Positions 49,301 through 58,294 of a DNA stretch of 64,000 nucleotides are shown here, piece by piece. Origin of the DNA: Candidatus Hydrogenedens sp. (GTDB lineage Bacteria; Hydrogenedentota; Hydrogenedentia; Hydrogenedentales; Hydrogenedentaceae); the NCBI GenBank assembly GCA_049968235.1, contig JBMFRC010000004.1:190013-254012 (forward strand), written 5' to 3'. The notes under the pieces are model-generated. The model saw only the letters and a list, made by a program, of their open reading frames with translations. It was not told the DNA's origin and ran no database searches. Both the position numbers and the translations under genes were made by a program. Within the stretch, counting starts at the first letter, position 1. Each line of letters starts with the position of its first letter.

Positions 49301-49576
49301 TGCCATCCCCATATTTTCCGAAGCAACGGTAGTATATCGTTTAATTCCTTCCACAGTATCCAGTGATTCTTCAATTTTACGACAGATGCCTTCCTCAACT
49401 TCTTCAGGGTCTGCACCGGGATAAATTACCTGCACTGTTATCATATCTAAAGAAAATTCAGGGAACAACTCTCTTCGAATTAATAAGAGAGAAATTATTC
49501 CCCCAATTAGGATAACTGCAGTCAGTATATTTGCAAAAACACGGTTTCCAACAAAATACCCTAAGAACTGATTCAT
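46364..49576 (-). CDS. RND family efflux transporter (AcrB/HAE1-type), inner membrane subunit.
   Basis: 1070 aa. 12-TM pseudo-twofold architecture with two large periplasmic loops and typical AcrB N-terminus (…FVGNRVFANILTAVILIGG). Confidence 0.9.
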   Translation of the reverse strand: MNQFLGYFVGNRVFANILTAVILIGGIISLLLIRRELFPEFSLDMITVQVIYPGADPEEVEEGICRKIEESLDTVEGIKRYTTVASENMGMANIEVMDSYDLSKVYDKVRNAIDSISTFPKDAEKPITNEVTIRREVIQVALSGNLPDKILKEWAEQIKDELQALPELSQVFIFGAKQYEIGIEISEEKLQKLGLTFSQVASAIRSGNLNISGGLIRSKGAEIRIRTIGRKYYADELAKIVVLAKPTGEVITLDQVAEIRDDFNEDPLEADFNGEKSVLISCFKTQEEDDIAISDAVHKYVEAKQKQLPPGVKISVWNDSARLIRARLNLLEMNGVQGLVIVILMLLLLMDARLSFFVTLGIPISFAGAISIMYIHGDTINMMSLFGLIMVLGMLVDDAIVIGEAIYYHRQRGLPPMKAALTGVEEVGLPVIGAVTTTIAAFIPLMFVSGIMGKFIRILPIVVISALSVSLFESLFLLPAHLNDLPDLSHTISNSDNRKHPLKKLRWFFSDSLDAFVDKIYLPFLNAMLRHRYISLTASIAILLTIMGLVRGQIIKFEVFTEADGDYLMAQVEFPSGTPFHVTKDAVKRMESALKRLVEKTTTISGEPLVQNVYSVVGQSSSGFSAQGGSNVGEIRVELLPTERRGIHAKKLSSMWAKETGTIPGTLKQKYDVSGGGPRGTGIELWLRSENLQDLIRASQEIKEKLKTYDGVYQIEDDYRPAKIEARFYLKPEAQTLGITLDSLGRQLAGGFFGEEAVRIQRGRDDIRIRVRYPREDRSYLSILNQVRIRTNQGYEVPLFAVADVDYTPGFSSITRVDGMRRVVVTADIETTKANSTEIIGDLTSNFLPLLQRKYPGLIWSFEGPQQNSSDALSSLKVGFPIALLLIFLIISSIFHSYSQPLLIMLTIPFGVVGALIGHLLFGQTVTLMSLFGIVALSGVVVNDAIVFVDCFNANLGEGNSFISSILQAGKRRFRAIFLTSVTTFGGLISLLFTRDMQAQFLKPMAVSLAIGLVFATSVTLLFIPAIIGVLNDIRRLAYTIRNRRIPKPEEVEPVFSMLEQKQQLENSSL

Positions 49577-50922
49577 GAAACAGATTCCTTATCTCCCGAT
49601 TTCTGGATTTCTAATAGTGAATTTTCTATTGGATTAATCAAACGCGTTGTAACAACAACAGTTCCTGGATTAAGACCACTCACAATAACTTCATCACCTT
49701 GAATATATAATCTTTCCACCTGAACCGATTTCAATCGGTCATTCTCTGCGGTATATACTGTCCCTTCAAAACTTACAGCGGTGTCCGGTAACCGATATAC
49801 ACTTGATAATGTTTTGCCCGGAATTTTTACCTGACAGAACATACCCTGAACCAGTGGCATTTTATCATCAGACACCGAAAAAATATTTTCCTTTTCAATA
49901 CGAACAACTGCATAAATAGTCCTGGTTTTCTCGTCATATCTTTCGACACGATGTAGTAACCCTTTCCATTTATGATTTTCTTTATCTTCTGTCCATAGAA
50001 TTTCACATTCTTTAGGCTCTAATGGTGGAAACCATGCAGAATCAATATTTATATTATCCTTTTGAAATGGAAGCCACTGTGTTGCCTGTTTCGCATCTAA
50101 AGGGACGGATATTTCCAGAATGGAATCATCTGAAAGTGTCATTACAACAGAACCAGGGGTTACATATTGTCCTGCTTCAAGATTCACTGTTTTAATCCGT
50201 GCATTAAAAGAAACCTTTACCTGGGTTCGCGATAAATTTATTTCTGCCTGAGATAACTGAGATTCTGCATTTTTCACTGCTTCCTCTGATTCCCTGACTC
50301 GTAAAGGATACAAATCGATAGATTGAACTAATAAATTATAAGCGTCTAATGCTTGATTATATGCCCGTTCCGTTTGCTCAACATTGGATTGCGTACCTAC
50401 TTTATCTCGTTCAAATAACTGTTTCACTCGTTGGAATTCTGAATAAGCAAGATCTTTAGTACGCTCTAATGTTTTAAGCCGTTCTTTATCGGAGGCAAAC
50501 TGTTCTTGTGTTCTTTTCAATGCCTGCTTTGCCTGTTCCAAACTTGCCTGCGCAGATTTTAGTCGAACTTGATAATCACTGGGGTCTATTTCAAATAAGA
50601 CTTCCCCGGCAGGGATAACCTCACCGGCTTCCAATCTTGGATGAATACGAATAACACGCCCTGATACTTCCGGCGCTATAGGGACCGTTGCTAAGGTTCG
50701 AACTTCTCCAAATCCATTTAATATAATCGGAACATTTTCCGGTTGCACCTGAATTACATCAACAGGGATGGGACGTTCTTCCTGTTCTGCTTGTGCTGGA
50801 GGTTTACGAAAGGAAGAAAAGAAAACAAAAGAAATTATTCCCAACAGCAAAATTAGAATAGCGATTACAAATGAGAATAATTTTGCAAATGTAATATATT
50901 TTTTTACTTCTTCGTTACTCAT
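49573..50922 (-). CDS. RND efflux periplasmic adaptor (membrane fusion protein, HlyD/AcrA family).
   Basis: N-terminal TM anchor, long coiled-coil hairpin, beta-barrel C-terminus. ATGA overlap with the RND gene. Confidence 0.85.
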   Translation of the reverse strand: MSNEEVKKYITFAKLFSFVIAILILLLGIISFVFFSSFRKPPAQAEQEERPIPVDVIQVQPENVPIILNGFGEVRTLATVPIAPEVSGRVIRIHPRLEAGEVIPAGEVLFEIDPSDYQVRLKSAQASLEQAKQALKRTQEQFASDKERLKTLERTKDLAYSEFQRVKQLFERDKVGTQSNVEQTERAYNQALDAYNLLVQSIDLYPLRVRESEEAVKNAESQLSQAEINLSRTQVKVSFNARIKTVNLEAGQYVTPGSVVMTLSDDSILEISVPLDAKQATQWLPFQKDNINIDSAWFPPLEPKECEILWTEDKENHKWKGLLHRVERYDEKTRTIYAVVRIEKENIFSVSDDKMPLVQGMFCQVKIPGKTLSSVYRLPDTAVSFEGTVYTAENDRLKSVQVERLYIQGDEVIVSGLNPGTVVVTTRLINPIENSLLEIQKSGDKESVS

Positions 50923-50936
50923 AAAACTTCCTCACT

Positions 50937-51410
50937 TTATTTATTGTTATTCTGAACAGACATTAAGTATTCTCTTATCTTTTTATAAACATCAACCCAT
51001 TGGGAGGATGTTTCATCACCTAAACCTTTTAATAATTCACCTATACCTTTTAACACTTGATTTTCATGCCATTTCATAGATTCACTGGCTTCCGGACTTA
51101 ACCTTATTTGAATTTCTCGACGGTCCTCAGATGACTGCTCACGAACTACCAGTCCCAATTCTACCAATCGGTCCAACATGAGACTTGCCGCAGAAGGGGA
51201 TACATTAAGATATTCCGACAATTCTTTTAAGTTTAAAGGCTCAAAGTTTTTTATCGTCATTAACATATGAAACTGGGGCATAGTAAGGTTATGCTCGAAC
51301 TTTAATTTTTCCTTTTCAGGGGAACAGCAATGAAACCGGCTATGTATCCATTTCTGAATCATTTGAATTGTTTTTAATATCTCATAGGCTGACTGTTCAT
51401 ATCGTTCCAT
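50937..51410 (-). CDS. MarR family transcriptional regulator.
   Basis: Winged HTH LTMPQFHMLMTIKNF...LSEYLNVSPSAASLMLDRLVELGLV. Confidence 0.8.
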   Translation of the reverse strand: MERYEQSAYEILKTIQMIQKWIHSRFHCCSPEKEKLKFEHNLTMPQFHMLMTIKNFEPLNLKELSEYLNVSPSAASLMLDRLVELGLVVREQSSEDRREIQIRLSPEASESMKWHENQVLKGIGELLKGLGDETSSQWVDVYKKIREYLMSVQNNNK

Positions 51411-51449
51411 TATGCATCTCCAACAATTTGTGTAATGCTATCTCTATCT

Positions 51450-51827
51450 TTATATTTTTTTCTTAACTACTTCAATAATTTCATGGACTAATTCGTCCGT
51501 AACAACTGTTTTCCCTTTTTCAACACCTAAATCTGTTATCACAATATGTTCAAATGGTATTTGTCTCTTCTCAAATATTTTCTTCCCACAGGAAACAGGA
51601 CAACCATCTATTACTACATTCCTATCTGCTCCCAAAGCAGATTGGATAAAACCTGAAGAATCAGAGGCTACTCCAGAAAGGCATGAACCACGACATACCT
51701 TCTCTTTTACTAAATTTCTCATAACCCGGTCTGCAATCAGGCCTGTGTTAGCAATACCTGAACATGCGTAAACAAGAATAGTGCCTTTTTCATCAGAACA
51801 ATTACATTGTATAAAATCAATTCCTTT
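51450..51827 (-). CDS. DGC-domain (putative metal-binding) small protein. The ORF track reports 51450..51722, but the conserved N-terminal Cys segment extends upstream with no canonical start codon.
   Basis: The VIDGCPVSCGKK DGC motif lies in the annotated part. Upstream and in frame: ...GIDFIQCNCSDEKGTILVYACSGIANTGLIADRV(M)RNL..., open to about 51827. Confidence 0.5.
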   Translation of the reverse strand, partial: KGIDFIQCNCSDEKGTILVYACSGIANTGLIADRVMRNLVKEKVCRGSCLSGVASDSSGFIQSALGADRNVVIDGCPVSCGKKIFEKRQIPFEHIVITDLGVEKGKTVVTDELVHEIIEVVKKKI

Positions 51828-52001
51828 TTAAATAATTTATCAAATTATTTTATAATAAAATAATTAAAAAATCAAATTATTTTTTTTATTTATTATTTAA
51901 CTATCAAAATATTTTATTTTTTTATTAATAAACATTTGAAATAGACAAAAAGTTCCCTTTCTATATTTTTTACCGTTATAATATTGAATAAATGATTATA
52001 T
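51828..52001. promoter_or_regulatory. AT-rich divergent intergenic region with a 13-bp perfect direct repeat ATCAAATTATTTT (51839-51851 and 51871-51883) and a TATAAT-like -10 box at about 51975.
   Basis: Read directly from the sequence. Lies between the DGC/MarR side and the AmmeMemoRadiSam operon. Confidence 0.4.
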
Positions 52002-52985
52002 TTGATTAAGATGACTACATTAATAAAATGTGAACTTTGTCCTCGTTATTGCATTCTTGAAGATGGTCAAAAGGGGGAGTGTCGTATTCGCATAAATATA
52101 GAGGGGAAACTTTATACTGTTACTTATGGGCATCCTTGTTCTATTCACATTGACCCTGTTGAAAAAAAACCTCTATATCATTTTTTACCGGGGACACCTA
52201 TCCTATCCCTTGCTACGGTAGGTTGTAATCTTCATTGCAAAAATTGCCAAAATTGGGAAATATCTCAGACAGAACCATACCAATTAGTAACGGAATATGT
52301 AGAACCTGATAAAATTTCCGATCTGGCTGTTCAGTATCATTGTCCTTCCATCGCTTATACCTATACGGAACCACTGGCTTATTATGAATACACTTACGAG
52401 TGCTGTAAAATATCTATTGAAAAAGAATTAAAAAATGTTCTTGTAACTGCGGGATATATTAATGAAGAACCTTACAAACGATTACTACCTTTTATCCATT
52501 CTGCAAACATAGATTTAAAAGGCTTTTCGGAGGAATTTTACAGAACTGTATGCGATGGAACGCTAAAACCTGTATTAAGAACACTGGAATTAACTAAAAA
52601 TGCAGGGGTTGAATTAGAGGTTACAAATTTAGTCATTCCAACATTAAATGATAAAGATGAAGACCTAAAAAAACTTTGTGAATGGGTCGCACATAATTTG
52701 GGGAAAGATACACCGTTGCATTTTTCCCAATTTTATCCACGATATAAAATGACACATTTACCTCCAACACCATTAGAGACTCTTCTAAAAGCACGTCAAA
52801 TTGCTTTAAATGAAGGTTTACAATTTGTATATATCGGTAATATTATTCACAGAGAAAGTTCAAATACCTATTGTCCTTCCTGTAAAACTTTACTTGTTGA
52901 GCGATATGGTTTTAGTGTGCTTCAAAATAATATTTCACAGGGGAAATGTCCCAAATGTAACACGGAGATATATGGAGTATGGTAA
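52002..52985 (+). CDS. AmmeMemoRadiSam system radical SAM enzyme.
   Basis: Family-specific N-terminal Cys motif CELCPRYCILEDGQKGECRIR, followed by ...EKKPLYHF...GCNLHCKNCQNWEISQ (CX3CX2C). Confidence 0.85.
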   Translation: MIKMTTLIKCELCPRYCILEDGQKGECRIRINIEGKLYTVTYGHPCSIHIDPVEKKPLYHFLPGTPILSLATVGCNLHCKNCQNWEISQTEPYQLVTEYVEPDKISDLAVQYHCPSIAYTYTEPLAYYEYTYECCKISIEKELKNVLVTAGYINEEPYKRLLPFIHSANIDLKGFSEEFYRTVCDGTLKPVLRTLELTKNAGVELEVTNLVIPTLNDKDEDLKKLCEWVAHNLGKDTPLHFSQFYPRYKMTHLPPTPLETLLKARQIALNEGLQFVYIGNIIHRESSNTYCPSCKTLLVERYGFSVLQNNISQGKCPKCNTEIYGVW

Positions 52986-53198
52986 TAAATAGACGAAGAT
53001 TTTTATCATATATTTTAACTGCTGTAATTACGAAACAGGGTATTAAAAAACCCTCATTAATCCGGCAAACTTACGCAATACCTCTTTACAATAAGGAACT
53101 TTCTAAATATAATAAGAAAAGTATTTTTTCGTCCAAACCTTCACCATGGATGGGTTAAAATTTAATATAATAAAACAGAATAAATAAGGGGATATTTA

Positions 53199-54734
53199 AT
53201 GAAATATTATTATTTTATTATTTTGTTCTTTCTATTCATTGTTGTTATTCCATTTGCATGTGGTGATAATTCTAATTCGGATAAGGAAAAAGAAATGCAG
53301 TTACCAAAAGTTTATAAATCATTAATAGCAGGTCAATGGTATGATGCATCTCCCGAGAAACTTAGACAGCAAATTTCGGAGATGTTTAATAATGCTAATG
53401 TAGAATCCGCAGGAAATGTGATAGGGCTTATATTACCTCATGCGGGTTATACATACTCAGGATTAACTGCATGTAAAGGAATTAAAACAACGGAAAAATC
53501 TTTACACTCAAGAATAATTATATTAGGGACAAGTCACAGAGCACCTTTAGAGAATATAGTAAGTGTTCCATCTGTGGATTTTTATGAAACTCCATTAGGA
53601 CAAATACCTCTTGACGTGGATACTATTCAAGAATTAAAAAAATTCCCATATTTTAAGGAAGTTCCTTTAGCACAACAGGGAGAGCATAGCGTTGAAATTG
53701 AACTGCCATTGTTACAATACTTAAAAAAAGATTTTAAATTAATCCCTTTAATTTGTGGACGATTGGATATTGAAACGACAGAAAAAATAGCCCGGATATT
53801 ACAAAATTACATAGATGAAAAAACATTGGTTATTGCCAGTAGCGATTTTACTCATTACGGACACAATTACAATTATGTCCCTTTTAGTGAGAATATTCCG
53901 GAAAATATTAAAGAATTAGATATGGGAGCATATCAATATATAGAGAAACGAGATGTGAAGGGATTTTATGAATATATCAAAAGAACAGAAATTACTATTT
54001 GTGGTCCGTATGGGATTGGAGTTTTGATGTATCTATTACCCGAAAATACTCAAACAAAACTTTTAGAATATAAACAATCCGGTGAAATTGTAAATGATTA
54101 TCAGAATTCTGTAAGTTATTTCAGTATTGTTTTTACCGGGACATGTGAAAAGAAAGAAAGGACTCCTATGAATAGTTCAACGACATTAACATCTGAAGAG
54201 AAAAAAGATTTATTAAAATTGGCACGCTGGACACTTGAATATGTGTTAGAACATAACAAATTGCCTGCGGATAACGAAATACCTATTAAAATAACAGAAA
54301 CAATGAAAACGCCACGCGCCGCATTTGTTACATTAAAAATAAATGATGATTTACGAGGTTGTATCGGTGAAATTTTTGCAACGAAATCTATGTATAGGTC
54401 GGTTCTTCAGAATGCATATAATGCAGGCTTTAAAGACCCCCGATTTTATCCTATTACAAAGGATGAACTACCTAAGATTAAAATTGATATATCCCTTCTA
54501 ACACATCCCAAAAAAATAAATCATTATACCGAGATTGAATTAGGCAAACATGGAATTATTCTAAAAAAAGGGTATAACCAGGCTTTATTCCTACCACAGG
54601 TAGCCCCGGAACAGAATTGGAATTTACAGCAAACTCTGGAACATCTGTCTATGAAAGCGGGTTTACCGCCGGATGGATATAAAGAAGGTGCTGAATTTGA
54701 AGTTTTTGAAGCAGAGGTATTCCACGAAGAGTAA
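53199..54734 (+). CDS. Fusion of a Memo-like domain (AmmeMemoRadiSam protein B) and an AMMECR1 domain (protein A), with an N-terminal signal peptide or lipoprotein-like leader.
   Basis: Memo motifs AGQWY, PHAGYTYSG, GTSH, SSDFTHYG. AMMECR1 motif LRGCIGE in the C-terminal half. Leader MKYYYFIILFFLFIVVIPFACGDNSNSDKEKE. AAGGGGA SD before the first ATG. An alternative internal start (MQLPKV, about 53295) would remove the leader. Confidence 0.8.
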   Translation: MKYYYFIILFFLFIVVIPFACGDNSNSDKEKEMQLPKVYKSLIAGQWYDASPEKLRQQISEMFNNANVESAGNVIGLILPHAGYTYSGLTACKGIKTTEKSLHSRIIILGTSHRAPLENIVSVPSVDFYETPLGQIPLDVDTIQELKKFPYFKEVPLAQQGEHSVEIELPLLQYLKKDFKLIPLICGRLDIETTEKIARILQNYIDEKTLVIASSDFTHYGHNYNYVPFSENIPENIKELDMGAYQYIEKRDVKGFYEYIKRTEITICGPYGIGVLMYLLPENTQTKLLEYKQSGEIVNDYQNSVSYFSIVFTGTCEKKERTPMNSSTTLTSEEKKDLLKLARWTLEYVLEHNKLPADNEIPIKITETMKTPRAAFVTLKINDDLRGCIGEIFATKSMYRSVLQNAYNAGFKDPRFYPITKDELPKIKIDISLLTHPKKINHYTEIELGKHGIILKKGYNQALFLPQVAPEQNWNLQQTLEHLSMKAGLPPDGYKEGAEFEVFEAEVFHEE

Positions 54735-54736
54735 TT

Positions 54737-57700
54737 GTGAAGAAATATTTTTTACCCATTGCATTAGGTTTCTTTTCAATCACAGCACAAGCATTGCTTG
54801 TGCGTGATTTTCTACATTGTATCGAAGAAAATGAACTTTCATTAGGTATTCTTTATTTTTTCTGGTTCTTGTGGATTATCCCCGGTTCTCTTGTGGGAAA
54901 ACTTTTATATAAATATTCCCATCTTTTTCCTGTTATCTCCCTTTTTTATATTCCATCATGGCTATGGGGACACTTTTTGGTTCGTAATTCGCGAGATATC
55001 TCAGGCATCGCTACCTATGAACTTTTTGACATTCATTCTCTTTTTTTATACTCCGCAATAGCACCTGCAGGAATAAGTTTTCTTACAGGATTTTTATTTA
55101 CCCATTGTTCCTTATGGTGGCAGGATAATTTTACATATGGAGAAAGCAATTCCAAACCTTCGACGGTAGTTCGTTATGTATATGCTTATGAGGCTTTCGG
55201 CGCAGTATTAGGTGGAATTACTACTTCATTTAGTATTTACCTCGGATTTTCCCATTGGATACCTTTTTGTATTTCCGTAGGATTCCTAATTATTTCCTCT
55301 CTTTTATTATTGGACTATCCATTTTTGAAAAAGGCATTTCTTATCATTCTTCTCCCCTTACTCCTGCTATCAGCATTCCTGCTGGAAACATGGGAAAATA
55401 AATCTTTGTGGGAATATATTACAAAAAATGAAAATTTTAAGGGAAAAATAATTACCCAAAAGGGAGAATATTTATATGGATATGATACCAACCAATTTAT
55501 ACTTTTAAGAAATCTCAAACCTACATTAAGGTTTCCAAATCAAGAATATGGCTTACAGTTACTATCTACTTTTATTGCTCAGAAAAACGATGCTACAAAC
55601 ATTTTACTCATTGGAGAGCCTTTCGTTTATACATTACCTTATCTAATAAATATTAAGAGCATCGAAAAAATTTTATGGATACCTTTTGATTTTGAATTAT
55701 CTACAAAAATTATTTCACTATTGCCTGAAAATTCCCTATTCAATAATAAAAAACTCATTTTCCCGCATAATGAACCTCGTTCTTTTTTGAAAAGCACTAA
55801 TGACAAGTTTGACATTATTCTTGTTTATACGGATAACCCACAAACTATTTCTTCTAATCAATACTTAACAGATAGTTTTTTTAGTTTACTCAAAATTCAC
55901 CTTACAGATAAAGGCATGGCAGGGATTCGAATGTCGGGAGGAGAAAATTTTTTAGGTGGAGAAATATCAGCACTTGGTTCGTCTATATATTTTACTTTCC
56001 AACAGGTATTCAAAGTTAACGCACTAAAACCCGGTGAAGAAACCTGGTTATTTGGCTCTTTGAATTACCCTATAAGTGAACATGTGCCGACCCTTGAACA
56101 ACGATTGTCTAACATATCAGAACAAATCCCGGAAATCAAACCCGGTATCGTAAGAGATCTATATCCCGCTGATAGAATTATTTTTCAAAAAAATCGCTAC
56201 GAGGAAATTAAGAAATTTATCCGTGAAGATTATTTGATTAATACGGAAGACAAATATCTCGGTTTTCTGTATAGCAATCTTTTTTATCTCTGGAAGCAGG
56301 GCTATTCGGGACTGTTAGATAAAATTGATATTATTAAGCAAATTACTCTTTTCCTTTTATTTTCATCTCCTTTATGCTTCTTATTAGCACGCTGGATATA
56401 CAAAAGGAAGTCAATCCGAAAAGGGAAAGAAAAAATTTTTGCTACTACTTTAGAAACATATTTCGCTATTCTTGCTATTGGGACCATTGGCATGGGAATT
56501 TCTATTCTTCTACTTATACAATTTCAATACTGTTATGGAACACTCTCAACTTATATTGGTCTCTTATCATCAATGTTTATGCTGGGACTTTCAACAAGTC
56601 CCATTACCTTTAATTCATTGTATGCGGATAAAAATCATAAGCAATCGTTTTTTGTTGTTTTCTCTCTTTTTTCTATCTGTGCTATTTATACACTTGCGAT
56701 ACTTTTTGAATTGTCCGTTCATTTTTATACCTACCTCGTTATACTCTTTTTATGGGGGCTTTCGTTAGGCTTTCTTCTCTCCATGTTTCTTAATACATTA
56801 GATAAAGAATCAACTACTTCTCAGATTGCGGTAAATTTAGAGATATGGGACCACCTTGGAGCAGGGCTAGGGGCTTTTATATTTCCAATTATTCTACTCC
56901 CTCTGTTCGGATTGCAGTTTTCTGTCGGATTTATTCTCTTATCTCTGCTACTGGTTCTTTTATTTATACCTCTTCTTCAAACAATTCCTGTCTGTAAGTC
57001 TTCATCGTGGGGAAGAGTTTACGGCTATACCTTATTCCCCATCCTTGTATTATGTTTTATCTCTACGGAGATATATCATCGTTCCACAGTTCCCTTACCA
57101 GGAGATGCATTTACAAAAATTGCTCAAGAATTATCTGATGGTGGAAAACTTCAACTTGAAACAATAACGCTTCCTGATAATAGACAACTCCGTTATTATA
57201 CAGTTACAAAAAAAGATGAAAATCAGAATAAAAATATCTCATATATTTTTTCTACTGCTTCATTATTTAAGGTAATTGGATATGGTGGGGAAATGGATAT
57301 CGCCGTTAAGGTATCTCGGGAAGGAAATATTGAAAACATTAAAGTTATTCAATCCAATGAAACCCCTGATTATTTGTCCCGGGTTGAAGATTACTTCTTT
57401 TTATATAAAGGGAAAAATATATTTCAGCCTGAAAGTATCTCGGAAATAGATAGTGTAAGTGGAGCAACAACAACCGCTGATGCTGTGAAGCGTGCTGTCC
57501 AATTTGCGGGAAAAGAATTTGCACAAATTATCCAGAGCAACAACATAACTCAAACAAAAACATCGTTCAATTATGATTTTTCTGCCCCAACGACATACTC
57601 CATATATATCTTCCTCTTATTTATTCTTCTGGCTATAATTTTTCGATTTTTCCATAGTGACTTACTACGGACATTATGGTTAATCTGTGTAGTATTGATT

Positions 57701-58294
57701 TTAGGTTTCTGGCTAAATATCCAATATGGTCTATATTTTATCGTTCAACTTTTATATGTGGATAAGTTACAATTTCATTTAAATGTCCCAACCCTTTTAA
57801 TTATTGGTATTCCTGTGCTCATTTTAATAAACGGCAATATTTATTGTGGGTATTTATGTCCATTTGGAGCGTTGTCCGAACTAATAAGCAAACTGGATTG
57901 GATAAACAAAAAAATAATCCCAACAAAACAAACATGGTATATAACCCGACAGTTTAAATACATTCTTGCTTTTGTATTTTTCTCTACATATTTTTTTAAG
58001 AGAGAAGTAAAAATGATAGATATTGACCCTTTGCTTTCCTTTTTTACTCTGGATATATCAAACTATATAACAATATTTGGAATTTGTGTTTTATTGGCAA
58101 GTTTTTTATATAACCGTTTTTGGTGTAGGGTACTTTGTCCCACAGGTGCTTTTTTAAGTTTAATTCAATCTCTTCGAATATTTTCATTTTTCTGGCAAAA
58201 AACTTTCCCTACACATTGTGACCTTGGAATATCAAGACCTGAAGAAATAGACTGTATTCAATGTAATCGGTGTTATAAACATGAAAAAAAATGA
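54737..58294 (+). CDS. Giant (1185 aa) polytopic membrane fusion protein. N-terminal TM block, degenerate spermidine-synthase-like (PABS/MTase-fold) segment, second TM block, FMN-binding (FMN_bind) domain, and a NapH/NosR-type TM domain with two CX3CP motifs plus a C-terminal CxxCxxC Fe-S motif.
   Basis: SpeE-like: NILLIGEPFVY...DKFDIILVYTDNPQT...FFSLLKIHLTDKGMAGI. FMN_bind: DSVSGATTTADAVKRAV. CX3CP: CGYLCPFGAL and WCRVLCPTGAF. Terminal HCDLGISRPEEIDCIQCNRC. Starts 2 nt after the Memo-AMMECR1 stop. Confidence 0.6.
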   Translation: MKKYFLPIALGFFSITAQALLVRDFLHCIEENELSLGILYFFWFLWIIPGSLVGKLLYKYSHLFPVISLFYIPSWLWGHFLVRNSRDISGIATYELFDIHSLFLYSAIAPAGISFLTGFLFTHCSLWWQDNFTYGESNSKPSTVVRYVYAYEAFGAVLGGITTSFSIYLGFSHWIPFCISVGFLIISSLLLLDYPFLKKAFLIILLPLLLLSAFLLETWENKSLWEYITKNENFKGKIITQKGEYLYGYDTNQFILLRNLKPTLRFPNQEYGLQLLSTFIAQKNDATNILLIGEPFVYTLPYLINIKSIEKILWIPFDFELSTKIISLLPENSLFNNKKLIFPHNEPRSFLKSTNDKFDIILVYTDNPQTISSNQYLTDSFFSLLKIHLTDKGMAGIRMSGGENFLGGEISALGSSIYFTFQQVFKVNALKPGEETWLFGSLNYPISEHVPTLEQRLSNISEQIPEIKPGIVRDLYPADRIIFQKNRYEEIKKFIREDYLINTEDKYLGFLYSNLFYLWKQGYSGLLDKIDIIKQITLFLLFSSPLCFLLARWIYKRKSIRKGKEKIFATTLETYFAILAIGTIGMGISILLLIQFQYCYGTLSTYIGLLSSMFMLGLSTSPITFNSLYADKNHKQSFFVVFSLFSICAIYTLAILFELSVHFYTYLVILFLWGLSLGFLLSMFLNTLDKESTTSQIAVNLEIWDHLGAGLGAFIFPIILLPLFGLQFSVGFILLSLLLVLLFIPLLQTIPVCKSSSWGRVYGYTLFPILVLCFISTEIYHRSTVPLPGDAFTKIAQELSDGGKLQLETITLPDNRQLRYYTVTKKDENQNKNISYIFSTASLFKVIGYGGEMDIAVKVSREGNIENIKVIQSNETPDYLSRVEDYFFLYKGKNIFQPESISEIDSVSGATTTADAVKRAVQFAGKEFAQIIQSNNITQTKTSFNYDFSAPTTYSIYIFLLFILLAIIFRFFHSDLLRTLWLICVVLILGFWLNIQYGLYFIVQLLYVDKLQFHLNVPTLLIIGIPVLILINGNIYCGYLCPFGALSELISKLDWINKKIIPTKQTWYITRQFKYILAFVFFSTYFFKREVKMIDIDPLLSFFTLDISNYITIFGICVLLASFLYNRFWCRVLCPTGAFLSLIQSLRIFSFFWQKTFPTHCDLGISRPEEIDCIQCNRCYKHEKK

